NCBI GenBank assembly: GCA_905178155.1
Contig: CAJINV010000005.1
Location: forward strand, 5,287,038 to 5,351,037
Direction: 5' to 3'
DNA from: Amoebophrya sp. A120
Taxonomy: Eukaryota; Protista; Dinoflagellata
DNA: 64,000 bases
Shown: one piece after another, positions 12,901 to 27,400 of the stretch
Numbering within the stretch: the stretch's first letter is position 1
Layout: each line of letters starts with the position of its first letter
Program-made: the position numbers and the translations under genes
The notes under the pieces: generated by a model
What the model saw: the letters and a program-made list of their open reading frames with translations, nothing else
The model's database searches: none
Told to the model about the DNA's origin: nothing

Positions 12901-14260
12901 CGCGAAGGCCGCGAAGATTTTTAGTTGCGAAGAAGGAAGAACAGCTGGTGCGTGTGACGCACGAAACAGGACAAAAGCATCAACGAAACGGAAGTACCTT
13001 GGCGGCGTAGACAAATCCATAGAATACAGCAGGCGAGGCTTCTAAGAGTATCACAGCAGCGTCAACATCTACTTCATCTCTGGAGGTCAAAGATCCCGTC
13101 GCGCAGGAGAAATTCTTTCTGGTTTTTCCAAGCGATAAAATTACGCCGCATTGTTTTGCGGCCGGACGACTCGTCTCCACCTAGGCAAAAGCAGCAATAG
13201 GACGCTTTTAATAGAAGCTGAAAGTACAAGGTAGACTTCGAGGACGCGGGCGAGCAGCTGCAGCAAGCAGTACACGAGTATTAAAGAAACCACGGGTCGA
13301 CGTCGGCTCCTGATTAAGTAGAACGAGAGAGACAGAGAATAAACCAGAAAAATGGTGACGGGTAGTACTACAGCACCAGGCGGATCTTGTTCCACTGCTA
13401 GCTCTAGCAGCTCATCTTCCGCGCGGAGAACGTCGGGAAGTAACAGTACGGACGCTCTTAGAAGTACTACAACCACACCGGCGAAGGAAGACAGGCGAGT
13501 AAGAACATTCCGAGGGAGCAGGGGCAGCACAGCAAGCGGCAGGAATATGTTGACAACTTCTTCTTGTTCGTCAATTACATCAGCGAGCAGAACAAGGTCA
13601 TCTTTCGTCAGAATATGGTGGAATCATGCAAATAGTGATGATCATCTTGGTCTGAAAAGTAAAAGATGACGTTCAAATCGTCCAGATGCGAATGACAAGT
13701 CGACTTTTCGTTTTGTAAACAAGCTATGTATAGAAACTTCTTTACTCGGCAGGATCATGCACCATCACAGAGCTTAATTATGCAGTGGTCCTGCACCTGC
13801 TGTACTTGTTAGATCTCGAAGAGAGTCGCGACCACTACACCAGGGCGGGACCTTCTCCTGCGTCGATGAGAGGCGCATTTAAGTACTTATCCAGCCAAGG
13901 AGTCTTGTTCGCAAAAATCTACTTCCAGACGACCAAGTGATAGGAAACATCATATTTGCAATGCATACAAGGCCGCCTTCGGCTGCTCCACAGCAGCACT
14001 CCTCCTCTCGCCACAGCATTCAGTGCTCGTCAATGCAGACAGCGCGGCAGGGACCACTCCAGGCGGGGCAGCTGCAGCAGGCCTGCAACAGCCCGGGTCG
14101 TATCCTGTGCAAAAGTATCGTACTCGTGTAAATGCATTACAAACTTCCTCAGCGTGAGAAATAAAATTTGTAATGCAGATTTGCCTTGGAGACAAGATTT
14201 GTAATGCTAAACTTGCATTTGTACGAGTGCGATACTTTTGCACAGGATAGCTCGCAGTTT

Positions 14261-17200
14261 ATGGCGAAACAGGGACAACAAGGCGACCCGATCGACGGTG
14301 CGAACCCCAACAGGGAAATTCCGATCACCGATGCAAACGCTGCTTTGCTCGGAGGGGACAACATCAAAGGAGGTGCCGCACCCGCAGGCGGCTCTGCGCC
14401 CAGTCCACCTGTCGACAACGGGCAGCAATCTACTTCCGTCATGACCAATACAACCGAGGGACCACTGACCTTTGATCAAGTTGTATCGCAGGAAAAAAAT
14501 GTCTTTTCTATGCTGATGACGGTTTTATTTTTGCACAATGTTAATGTCTATGTGCTGCATGAGATGATGCGCACTCATCTGCTCTCTACATCGTTCTTTC
14601 ATCTACTTCTGCCTCTGCTGCAAAAATACAAGTCGCCGACCTTCCTCTCAAAAGTTAAACATTTTTTTTTCTGCGATAAGCCGCGTTAAAGCAGCAGTAC
14701 GACCGGGAAATGAAGGCGGATGTGGACAAGCACCACATTGAGGTCATCGAGCGAGATCTGCCTAGCTACAAGATCAACAACGGTGTGAACGAGGGGAAAA
14801 CTGGATTTCCCTTCGAAAAGGACCACGAATTCCCGGGCGGTAAGATGAAAAATTTATGACCAACATCGACAACTTTGGATTGATTGATGTGTTTGTGGCA
14901 CCAGGACCAGACGAGGACGAGATGGCCATGGTGTTTAGGTGTTCCGGCATGACAAAGATCATTAGCGAATGTCTTTTGGCATGACAAAGACTGTCAATCT
15001 CTACAACTGGCCAGGTTTCTACGTGGACACGGTAATCCGCACCGAGAAGGACCGGTGGACGATTTACAAGGGGCACTATCAAATGCAAATATGTCTGGGT
15101 CCTCTGGAAACTTGTGATGCTGGTGGTGGAGAGAGACGAGGACACTTCGATTGACTGCAAAGCATGACAAGTTTTGAAGGAGCTGCAGTGCTGTCTAAAT
15201 TCCATGACAAAGTGAGCTCCTGCATGACAGAAAAGTGGGGCTACTTTTGGGGATACACGTGCATGACAGACTTGAGAGTCACGCTCGCGAAGCATGACAA
15301 ACCTTGCATCTTCGTTCCAGACCTCCCAGACATATTTGCAGGTGATAGGCACGTTTTCGGAACTACGGACTACTGGGACTTATGTGTGGTTTACGTGCAG
15401 AGGGTGGATCCGAATTTTGTCGGCTCCATGCCCAAAGTGGTATACTTACAATGAACTGGTGCGGTTCATAATCTAATTTGCTTTACTTGGATGTTGTAAA
15501 GCGCTACTGGATGATGGATGTTGAAGATGTTCATGATAGCATGTTGTGTACTAGTCCGTCGATGCTAAAGTGCAGTGGTAAGGAGCAAGGCTGCAACAAC
15601 TTGGGCGGTCCCCATTGATTTGTTCAGGATTGCTATCCAAGAAAAAAAGTGTGTAAGTGTAACCTTTTTGCAGTAACAGCATTACAGATTTGTTTTGCAT
15701 GACAGAGAAAACCTGTCATGCGTAGCTAGTACGCGAAAACACGTATGAAAATAGCCTCTGATGCACATCCAGCATGAAAAATGTAACTGTATTGCAACGT
15801 CTGCAACACAATAAAGCTGCACTTACGCTGCAGTTTTTTTCTTGCATAATTGCGGCTTTCTCCGACCCGTGGTCAGCCGGGAACTGGTGCAAAATCCGTC
15901 CGATGTTTACCCCAACGAAGCCCCCTACTGCGTCCTGCTCTCCGAGAAGGAAGACACGTGGTACCAGGGCAAGCAGTACCGGTTATCAAGAAGGAAAATC
16001 CTCCCTCGTCCGCCCCATATCAAAACGGAAATCTGTGATGCAGATTTGTGGCCACAAATCAGCTTTGTCATGCTAGAAAGGAGAGAAAAGATGTGCAGAA
16101 AGTGCTTCCTCGCCCACCCCCCGGGGAGGGGATCCTTGACCTGTGGCGCTGGGAGCGGGTGTCCACTACGTGATGATGATGATGATGATGACTGCAGTGC
16201 TGTGCGGCGTGAGAAGGCCTCGCTCCATGTTGAGCATGACAGGAGGCAGCTGGAAGTGGGAAACAGCGTGACAAATTGTCTGCAAACGAGGCCACGACTG
16301 CCGCTTTTGGCCTTCTAGCAATACAACTCGATTTGTGTACTCATGTACCGCATGACAAATTTCGTTTTCGATATGGGGAGGGGGGATTTTTCCTTTTGAT
16401 GCCGGTATTCCGCATGGCAGTTTTTCCAACGCGTTCCGAAGTTCCAGCCGTCCTTTCGCCCGCGGGAAACTTTCGAATCCGGACAATTGCCGGGCGTGTA
16501 TAATTGTTTCTGATAGAAGTGCTGATGTACTTTCGACGTCTTACTTTTACGAACACATTCTTGCTACCGAACAAGTTGTGATGTCCCATCATGTTGATAC
16601 GACCATGTTGTGGATGTGGTTTCAGTTTCTGGGAAGTAGGAATAGCTTTGATGCCATGCAAGATTTTTTCAGCATGATTTGATGCACGACGTACAAAAAA
16701 TACAACGACTGGTCGATGTTGATAATGTTAAAAACACGACAGGAAATACCGTTTTGAGAAGTTCCTCGGGCGGGGCACGTACGGCGAGGCCTACCTCGGT
16801 ATTCGGCTAACGGACAATCGCCCCGTGGTGATCAAGGTTCTGTCGGCAAACCCCAAAACCTCCGCGCACACCGATATCCACCGGAGAAAAAGTTTCCTGG
16901 TTGTGCAACTACTCTTTTTGCAACAAGCAGAGCATGGTCATCTCCAAATTCTGGTTGCAGGATTCGGATTGCATTTTCACCACAGATGCTGCGATCATGC
17001 CATCCTAGTGCTCGTCCGTACCCTGTGCAGTCGCATGTAGCTGCTGCACCAGGTTTGTGTTTGTCACAGAGACTGAGAGAGTAGAGATGTGTATATTAAT
17101 GCACTTTTATTTGTTTTCTAAATCGAAGTACGCCAGCTTGAGACTTTTGTAGAGCATAGCCGACAAGGGCCCGCAGGTGGTGTTCGACAAGCCAAAACAA

Positions 17201-20200
17201 CTGCTTCCCGGTTCAACGAAATCCGAGCGGGACGCTTGCAACTTGTCGCAGGAGCTGTTTGCGCAGATCTCAGACAAGTCCAAGTCGCGGTTTGTCGCCT
17301 GCTTGGAGGGGGATGGGTGGATATGCATTGCAAAAGTATCGTACTCGTGTGAATGCATTACAAATTTCCTCAGCATGAAAAATAAATTTGTAGTGCGGAT
17401 TGACCTCAAGAAAAAGATTTGTAATGCATAAACGCAATTAGTACGAGTGCGATACTTTTGCACAGGATAGTGGATCACGCACAGCTCGGGCGTGGAGTTG
17501 CTGTACGCCATTTGGGAGTACGGGGGCAGTTCGATCGAGCAGGACCCGCCTATGGCGCTCTCAAACGTTACTTTCTCAACTGTTACATGAATCTGTAATG
17601 CAAGAATGGCAAAAGCAAAAGGGGGAAGATTGTAAAATTTGCATTACAAATCCCGCGCAGATTTAGGCGCTGTTTAGCCCCTCGCAAATTTGTCATGCGA
17701 AGCAGCTTGATCTTGTGGATGATGATGGTAGTTTTGCATGGCAAATTCATGCAACAGACGGGAATGCAACGCTTGAGAACTCCATACCGCCCAGAACCCT
17801 CTCGGACGCCCTGATCATCATGAAATCGGTGCTGGAAGCAATTCAAATTATCGTCCGGAAAGGTATAAAAATGTGAAAGAAGTATGAGATGAATCATGAC
17901 CATGAGCTTATTTTTAATAGCCGCGCATTTGTCGTGTAATTTTTCGTAAATATTATTTCAAAATTGTTTACTGTCATGCCCGGACTGTAAGGCGTTTCCT
18001 TTGCCTTTCACATCACAGGCGACATCGTCCATCGCGACATTAAGATCCCAAACATCGTCTGGGATGCCAACAAGATCGTGCGCTTGATTGACTACTCGCT
18101 TTCTCGCCGCATGCGGTCCTCCATGCAGCACGGCAACCGGTGCTACCACACCCAGCGCTACAACCGCACAAAAATGCTGCTGGAAACTTTGTATCCCATT
18201 GGTGCAAAAATAGAAAATATCGCACTCGTTGGAGATCATGATAGATATTCACTCTTGCTGTCTGACATGTTGACCGATATACTTGCTACTTTGTATACCT
18301 AAATTTTTGCAAATTCACCTCCATCATTTTTATTTGCGTGTTAGTTGTGGAAGAAGCAAGTACAAATTGCCATGCAATTTCTACGTACGATCGAGTGCGA
18401 TAATTTCTGTAAAGCTGCATACCTGAAACGAAAAATTCCGCGGGGAAGGCCGGGCCTGGGAGCTGGGATGGCACAGGGCAATTTCCGAATGGCCGGACTT
18501 TTTCCGGGTACTACACTTGACAAATTGCTTGTTAAGAACCGGTCGTGTCCACCTCTGCATTGATGATAGTACATAGATAGAGCGGCTCTCATTGGTGAAT
18601 GACACGAATGCGCATTCCTGATTGTCTTCGTCGTGCTCTTGCATGTATAAACTGATTTGTTCATGTTTCAATTCTCACAGCTCCGCGACGCGATTTGCGA
18701 ACAGGAAAAATTCGGATCCGCGCTCGAGAAGCAGGTGGAAAAGGCAATATGGACGGGGAAGAAGAGTATGTCCAAGATCACAAAGTTGTTCCTAACCTGA
18801 TTACACTTTGAATAGGGGGCGTTTACACTTGATCAGTTTGTGACGCTGGCGGAACAACAGTCATGTCATTACATACGAGATCCAGAAATAGTAAAGGTAG
18901 AGATGAAACAGAAACAACACTCTTCTTACACCATGGTACATGAGGACTGCTCTACTTTCTTGTTGCATACCGCACCGGGGATTTTCACTGCCGGGTGCGC
19001 GTTCGGCAGCCTACTTTGTACTCCAAAGAGTCTCCGCATCTGGACCCACAGACCGAGGCCTCGATCACCAAGAAAAGATATGAAAACCGAAAAACAATGT
19101 GTACAACGTACTAGTACTGCTGTTGTGAACACTTTAGAAATAATTTTACCACCGCTGCCGTCGGTCTTGACGTGACAACTTGAAAATTGAAAGTTGTGTT
19201 TTGCATGAACAAGAAGGCGGTGACATAAAGCGCAGGTAGGATGCATGGAGTTGTTATACGTAGTTTTTCTTCGCATAGCAGCCCAGTGGTCTTCCGATGG
19301 GGCCTGTGGTGCGAGGAATACGGGTACAGTCATCAACTTTTCATGCATTCTAGTGTGGGTACCAGCCGGTCTACTGGAATGATATGTAAGAATGCCAATT
19401 TCGATTTGTGATGCTGAGTGTGGAGTTGTATGTTAGACAAAAACCTCTGTAGTTGCACAGATCAACCACAAATAAAACTATACAGGTATGTGGTGGAGCA
19501 TTTCGGGGAGTATTTTGGGATCCATGAGTTTGACGAGTGGGCAGACGATGACTTTGCCCTGCCGCAGTTGCAGAACGGGAGGCTGGTAACCGTGGTCACC
19601 GAGGATCAGCTGGGTTCCGATGCGCTGAAAAAGGATGTATCAAATGCAAAAATGTCTGGGTCTGGAAACTTTAACTTGTGTTGCTAAAATGTGGACGATA
19701 GAAACACTTCCGAATGCTACCTAGCATGACAAATTTCCAGAACGCTTTCTCATAGGCAATCCGCATGAAAAGCTTCTTGTTTGGGTTTGCATGTACAAAA
19801 TAGGCTGCGACTTTTGTAGGTTATGCAATACAGATTTCCCAGGTCGTATGGAAAGCTAGCATTACAAGTTCCAGCCTTCCAGACCCAGAGATGTTTGCAA
19901 TGCATAGGATGCCAAGAAAAACGAAATCACCTGCGCGAACGGCTTGGACCACTGGTTCGCCGACTGGCCGCACCAAGAAATCCTGAACTCCCTGCAAGCG
20001 AAGGGCAAGGACGAGCGCGACGTCGGGGCTTACCTGGCGACCCTGCCGGAAGTCCAGGAGGAGGCCCGAAACAAACACACCCACTGCATCAGCTGGACCG
20101 CAGAGGCGGCGCCGAATGAAGTGAAGTCCTATATGGTGGAATTCGACGAGCAGGACCCCCGGTCCTTCGATGTGCACTCCCTCGGTGTGGTCATGTCTCA

Positions 20201-21721
20201 CTTGCTGCGGGACCAGTTTGAAGACTACCATGATTCTACCCTGTATCAACTGGAAAAATTAAAATACCCCCTCCGCCCCATATCGAGAAGGAAATTTGCC
20301 ATGCTGATTTGTGACCACAAATCAGCTCTGTCTTGCATATGGGGCATCAAATGGGGCCCGTTTGGCACATTCCACAGCCAATCTGTCATGCGCTTTTGCA
20401 TACTGCAAAGGTGTCTGCCATGCCTAACCGCTAGCCTGATCAGGCTTAGGAAGTGCATCCAAGCGCATTGTGCAATACAGCGCTGATTTGTGTACAGAAA
20501 TCCAGCAACAGAAATTTCCTTTTTTCTATGAGGTGGGGGCTTTTTTCACTTTGATACGCTGTACCAATTCATCGCCTCGATGGTGGAGCTATGCATGGCA
20601 AATATGATCCCCAGATGTCTGGAAGATTGCAAGAACTTGTGATGCTGTCTGCGGATTCTGAAAGAAATTGTATTGCATGACCAGCAAGGAAGACGAATCC
20701 TCCAGTTTGTGCTACGTGGGGAGGGCATTGTTTCTCATGCGGGATAGGCATCAGAAAGCTTTCTAAAAATCTGTGATGCTAGATCATGCATTACAGGTAT
20801 CACTGGTCTTCATGCAAATTATGCACGACAAACCGCTTTCAATCTTCCAGACGTCCAGGGATATTTGCATTTGATAGGACCAGATGACCGAAATCGACGT
20901 GGCGAAGCGAATGACGGTTGAGTATCAGATGCAAAAATGTCTGGGTCTGGAAACTTGTGTTGCTGATACATGCATTGCAAACTTGTTGCTTGTACGGCAT
21001 AACAGCATGAGAAATTTCTCTGGGCTCCTTGCGGATTCATTCGTGTTTAGCATTACACATACAAACTGCCATCCAGCACGACAAAAAACCTGGCCATTGG
21101 TATTCATGCATTACAGATCTTGTTGTCCTTGAAGTCCTGCATCACAAATCCAGACCCAGACATATTTGCAATCCATATTGAGGAGGGCTTGGCGAAGCTT
21201 TCCTTCGTGCAGACCTACTACGATTCGCGCGAGCGGGGTTTGACCGGGCGCAATTTGATCACTTCGCTGCATTATGCATTGCAAATATGTCTAGGTCTGG
21301 TGGAAGGATACAACTTGTGATGCTGCATTGGGATGTCAAAAAAAATCTGTATTGCATGAGCAGCAAAAGGAATCTTATTTTTGCTACGCGGAGGGAGCAT
21401 TTCCATTTGTCATGTGGAATAGGCATCAAGAAGCCCCCCTCAAAAAATCTGGGATGCTAGGGCATGCATCACAGACATCATAGCTCATGCAAAATGGTGC
21501 ATGACATTCTTCCAGACCTCCCAGACATATTTGCAGTTGATATGCATCGCAACTGGGTGGGAGACCGGAACTACTCCGGAAGCACGAGCGGTACCAGCGA
21601 TTCTGCGGATTCCCGCTCCACCGCGCCAAGTGGCGGGGCCGCCGGGGGGCCAACGACCGGCACCGGAGCTGCAGGCGGGGCCGCAGGTTTGTACGGCAGC
21701 AAGGCGCACGAGCAGTTGTAA
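14261..21721 (+). CDS. Large divergent Ser/Thr protein kinase; about 15 introners plus several GT-AG introns; 5' end may extend toward 13352
   Basis: Spliced motifs: KFLGRGTYGEAYLGIRLTDNRPVVIKVL (about 16750-16845), DIVHRDIKIPNIVWD..RLIDYSL (about 18020-18100), IFTAGCAFGSLL (about 18980-19020). A GTAT..CAG intron at 15440-15627 joins the N-terminal exons in frame. Some junctions are unresolved. Confidence 0.7.
15077..15347. mobile_element. Introner family C (TATCAAATGYAAAAATGTCTGGGTCTGGAA, about 250-290 bp, several subfamilies)
   Basis: Flanked by GGCAC/GGCAC. Many siblings, e.g. 19638-19906, 25129-25385, 35352-35606, 41808-42061, 47856-48117. Confidence 0.9.
15634..15848. mobile_element. 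Introner family J (TATCCAAGAAAAAAAGTGTGTAAGTGTAAC)
   Basis: Flanked by ATTGC/ATTGC. Sibling at 58932-59140. Confidence 0.8.
15984..16401. mobile_element. Introner family D (TATCAAgAaGGAAAAATCCCCCCTCCCCATAT) carrying a nested (GAT)n-tailed fragment
   Basis: Flanked by CCGGT/CCGGT. Siblings at 26146-26462, 27909-28222 and 32385-32710 lack the 16098-16191 insert. Confidence 0.85.
17551..17786. mobile_element. Introner family I (TATGGcGtTCTCAAgCGTTAC)
   Basis: Flanked by CCGCC/CCGCC. Inverted sibling at 29268-29962. Confidence 0.85.
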
Positions 21722-24410
21722 GAAGAAGTGTGAGCAGGACTCGACTACTAGTAAGTACTAAGTTGCATCAGACACAGACTATCACTTGTTCAGAAAATAT
21801 TGAAAAATAGAAGATCTGCAACTACTACTTACAGGAGGTCGTCAACTGCATCTTCCAGCTCTACTGCGTCCGTTGTAGAGCGAGAAGAAGACAGTACAGA
21901 TCTTAGAAGTCTTAAGCTGTCGTGCCGGGGGACGAGTAGAAATGAGTAGTCAGAGATTTTTACGTTCTTACAAAGAAATTGAAATTGCTGCTGACTTCAA
22001 CTGTGCCGGTAGTTGGATCAGTGCGTAGAAGTTTAAGTTTTTCAAATCCACCACGTCGTGTAGCTGCTACACACTGCGCTCTTCAGAAGTAGGCAGAAGT
22101 GAAGTTGTCGTGTCCTGCTCAGTGTTGATTAGTATCTGACGTCGCGGCGGTGACCTATTCGCGTGGCTTATGCGACCGCAGATATCTCCCTGAAAATTTT
22201 TGTTCTTTTACTTTCCTCGATTTATCCATCTATTATGTACGTCACTTGTAGTTGTTCTTTGAAATAAACGATAAAATAATGAAAACTACCACGAATCAAG
22301 TGTTTCTATCTTTTACAACTTTGATATTATTCCGTACAAAGCAACAAAATTGAAAACACAGTCAGCTTCGGGAGAAATCGGAGCGCTAGTTGTCAGTCAG
22401 TAGCTGAGAAAAATAATTCTTGTACCAACGAGTTCTGCCTTGAAGATTTTTTATTTTTACCGAGTTTGTTATTGTTGCTGTTGTGACGCATTAGAAATCA
22501 AATTGTTACATCCAAGAATATAAAATTTCCATTCGTTTGATCATTCATCAAAAAGCCTTTTCCTCTATCCGCTACCTGTACCAAGACACACCATTTTACC
22601 AGCGTTCGACACCACCTTCGGAATACGTAATGTAAATATATATGGTGCGAGCAAGAGCAAGACAAGTTGAAGTTCGAAGAAGTAGTAGTAGAAATTTTCC
22701 CTGAACCTACCACATATTTTTTCCCACAGCGAGCCTTGTTTCGAGCTTCTTTTGTATATAGCATATAATATCGGCAGCACGGTGCGGGCACGACCAGGAG
22801 CGACACAGAACCTCGGCGCAGGAGGAGGGTCGTGCTTATTGATAAAAACACAACAACTTAAGATTACAGCTATAATACTATCATTGGAGTCAGCAAATTT
22901 TCGTTTTAGTAAGCAGCAGAATCAAACGCGTTACACCTGATGTTTATCCTGGTGAAAAATCCAGACAACCTTGTTTCATCATCATCTTGAGAATACAGAT
23001 CAGAAAGAAAACCTTTCATCGCATTTGAAAATTTTGAGCCACGGCGGCCCTCCTTGAAGATGTGGTGCTTAATAAATCGAGCAGAAAACGACCAGGTAAT
23101 TATGTCGCCGCACAGATGGCCATGTTTTTCTTTCCGAGCGAAATTTTCTTCCTGTACATAGTACTAATTTCGTTTATTCGCCTGTACCTAATTCTGGAAC
23201 AAATTATACGTCGTGAATGAGATTCACGAGAAATTGAGACTCAATACGAAAGTTTGAGCGCGCCGGAAAATCATAATTTTCTGACCGGACAAGCGAACGA
23301 CTACGACGAGGAATTGTACTTTTTACCTGACGCGACCACCACGGCAGGTGGAATGAATCAAAAATTTCGTGAGCAAACGAAAATTGGTATAAGCGAAAGA
23401 AAAAGAAAAAGTAGTAGCACCAGAAGCGGTCTAGAGAAACTAGAAGAGAGCGTGCAACGACCACTACCGCGGATGAAATCAGTGGATGATGTTCTCGTCT
23501 GGCGGTTGACGCCTCTTCATGGCTACGCAGGCGCATGATCGTCGCTGTGTGTTGAGTTTGTAGTTCACAACTACCCATAATTGCACCGAGGACAGGTAAA
23601 AGTACTGCAAATTAGTTACCACTCAAACTAGTATTTCAAATCGCAGCTTTGGAGAGAGAAAACCAGCACTGCTGCACCAAATTCACAACGGCGAGAATAT
23701 CAAGTATAATACTAGAAACGAAAGCATCAAAGTCATACTCGATCATGGCATGTTTTTCCATTTTTCATCTTCCCACCAGGTCTCAATTAAGAAGATCAAG
23801 AACAGTTTTCAACCACCCAGGGGAGAGTGTTTGATCGGCTTGACAAATAAAAATCTTGAAATCGATGTAAAGAAAACGTGGAACAAGTAGATCAAGGTCA
23901 TTGCTTGCAGCCGTTTTGATGGTTTCCTCCTTTCAACACAACGCTGCACACCACGTGGGAACATTTTTTGTCGTATAACTAGGATGTGCTCCTGTGAACC
24001 AAATAGCCCAAAAGGCGAAGCACTAGACTAGGAAGCACCGCAAGTAGAAGTTTATTGTTGTGTAACACAGGGATAGCAGGGGCGACACAGTAATAGCTCT
24101 TGACGACTTATTTCACTTTCTCCAGGATCGCAGCGACAAAACAATCAGAGCATCTATTGGTTCATTTATTTTCGTTACATTTTTTGAACAGACACGACAT
24201 TGTGATGCTCCTCCAAGAGAAGACATTTTGAAGTGAAAAAAAAGACCTCTGACACGGACGATTAGGACTGATTTTTCTGACAGATGTGCTATTCTACCAA
24301 TGCTCGCATTGATATTGGGTTGGAGTAGGAGTACTCCGTTCTAGTTGCTCTAGAATATTTGATATAAATTTGTATAATTTCACCATATTGGTCAACATAC
24401 CATCATCACC

Positions 24411-27400
24411 ATGGGCTACAGCAATTCGAGCCGCGACCACCACTACGACCGGCGGGGCGGGGACAGAGACCGAGACCGAGAGCGGCGACACCATGATAAC
24501 AGCACTCGACGAGATGATGACCGCGACCGGAGAGGAGCAGATCCTAGAGCAGATAGAGATCGACACCACCGCGCCGATGGAGAGCAGCGGATGAAAAAGC
24601 CTCGCGAGGACGCCAAGCGGTCCGCCCGAGCTGGCGCCGAGGATGTTGAGAGGGCTACGACCGAGGACTTCATCGAGACCCACAAGCGGGCGAACAGCCG
24701 GCACCACGAGCAAGTCGCGCAGCAGCAGCAGTACCAGCGGGAGCTGTTTATGAATTGCAAAAGTGTAGTCGTACGAGTGTTATAAATTGCATTACAAATA
24801 ATTTGTATTTGAATTTGCGCAGCATTACAAATGGAATTTGTAATGCTGTTTTACCTTACAAAGAAGATTTGTCATGCATATATTGCAATTACTACGAGTG
24901 CGATACTTTTTCACTGGATACTGTACTTGCAGCAACAACAGCAGGACAGCCAGTTGAACGTGAAAAAGGCGCGGTCGGAGATGCTCCGGGAGCAGCTGAA
25001 TTACACCAACGAGGAGAACCCCTTCGGGGACAGCAAGCTCACCGAGAAGTTCACGTGGCACAAGAAGAACGAAGCGGACGGCAACCGGAAGCTGACGAAG
25101 GAGGAAAAAATTGCCATGAACGCGGAAATATCAAATGCAAAAGTGTCTGGGTCTGGAAGAATGCAACTTGTAATGCGTATTTCAGAACACAGAAAAGGCT
25201 CTCATGCATGCGTCGCAAGAAAAGCTGCCCACTTTTTGTCAGCAAAATAGGGGACTTGTCATGCGGATTCGGCATTCTTGCGGAAGCTTCTCGAAACCTG
25301 TGATGCTAGAGCTTCCACGCCAGACCTTTTGTGTCATGCAAAAACAGCATGACTCTTCCAAACCCAGACATTTTTACATTTGATAGGAAAAGATCAAGGA
25401 AATCCAAAAAGTCCGGGCCCGGCGGGAGGAGCGAGAAAAGGAGCGCCTGGAGCTGGAGCAGCAGCGGGAATTGCTGGATATGCATTGCAAATATGTCTGG
25501 GTCGTCTGGAACATTCAACATTGCGAGACTTGTAATGCTGAACGCCCATAGTCCTGAACTCCAACTCTGTCATGCATGTTGCGGAATAGCACCGCAGCTT
25601 CTGTTCGATTTCGAAGAAACAAAGGGTTGTTTCTCATGCGCGTGACGCACCACAGAACCTTCGCTCAAAAACTGCTCATGCGTTGCTGTGTACCTACTGT
25701 GCTGAGTTTGTGATTCATGCATTAGCATGACAATTTTCCAGACCTCCCAGGCATATTTGCAATGCATAGTGGAAAGGGAAAAGCAAATGGAAGAGAACAA
25801 CGACTGGTTTAACAAGGAAGACTATCAAGTGCGAAAGTGTTTGGGTCTGGAAGGTTGGAGCTTGTGATGCTAACTTTGGGCTCTAAAAAAATCTGTATTG
25901 CATGATCAGCAAGACGAGGAGTCTAGTTTGTGCGACGAGAGGAGGGCATTTGTCATGCGCAATAGGCATCAGGAAGGGTGCTAAAAATCTGTGATGGTAG
26001 GGCATGCATCACACACAATCCTGGATCATGCAAAATATGCATGACAAACCCGGCAAGATTCTAGACCCAGACACTTTTGCATTTGATAAAGACGAGTTTC
26101 AGTACGTCCAGACGGTGGAGAAGGCGCACATGAGAATCCAGCAGATATCAAGAAGAAAAATCACCCCTCCCCATATCAAATCGGAAATCTGTGATGCAGA
26201 TTTGTGGTCACAGATCAGCTTTGTCATGCTAGAAGGGAAAAGATGCGGACTATGGTGCCGGTTGGTGTGCTGGGAAAGCCTTGCATCTTCAGCATGACAG
26301 GAGGCAGCTGGAAGTGGGAAGCACAATGGCAAATCGCCTGCAATCGAGGCCACAACTGCGGCTCTTGGCCTTCTAGCATTACAAGTCGACTTGTGTACTC
26401 AAATACAACACTACAAATTTCGTTTTCGATATGGGGCGGAGGGGGAATTTTTTCTTTGGATAGCGGAGACGCGAGAACCTCTTGGATTTGCTGCTGTGCT
26501 CCCTCTATGCTCTGCAAAAGTATCGTACTCGTAATAATTGTAATCATGCATGACAAATCTTGTTTCTTAGCCAAATCAGCATTACAAACTTCATTTTTCC
26601 ACTTCTCGGAAAATTTGTATTGCGATTTATACTAGTACGATGCTTTTGCAATGCATACCCTCCTGGTCTGCGACAACGACATTGTGAAGGCGGTTAGTAA
26701 CGAGTTCTCCGGCACCGGGGCGCACGTATGCATTGCAAAAGTATTTTCACACTTCTACACTACGTAGAAATCGCATGGCAAATTTTCTCAGCATGAAAAA
26801 TGAAATTTGTAATGCTGGTTTACTGTAAGAAGAGGATTTGTCATGCACCGTGTCCATGCCTGCGATTACTACGGTACGAGTGCGAGGATACTTTTGCAAT
26901 GCATAGCACGGGTTGCTCGACGACGGGAGCGCGGAGTTGAAAAAGAAGCGGGAAAACCTGTCCGGCGACATCGTTATGAACTGCAAAAGCATCGTACTCG
27001 TATAAATGCATTACAAACTTCCTCAGCATGAGAAATAAAATTTGTCATGCGGATTTACCTTAAGAAAAAAATTTGCAATGCAAGACTTGCATTTAATATA
27101 CGAGTACGATACTTTTGCACAGGATAATCGTTTTGCTCGACCAAAACCCGGTGGACAAAATCGAGCAAGTTTTGTCGCACGGGCAGCTGAGAATTCTCCT
27201 CGACGGCGCGAAATTGGTCGACGACACGAAACACTACGACTACTGGAAGTCGCTCTGTTTGGTGTTGCAATTCAACATTGACAAGATGAACAACTTGAAG
27301 AACGCCGGGGAAAATTTGGACCGGGACCTGCACGAGCTGTTGGAGGGGCAGTCCACCGAGGAACTGGAGCAGACCAGGCTGGAACTCGAGGAGTCTCTGG

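Noticed and set aside
9935-13350. Possible transposase or other gene in the long gap
   Set aside because: Only short ORFs, with no DDE, reverse transcriptase or recombinase motifs recognised.
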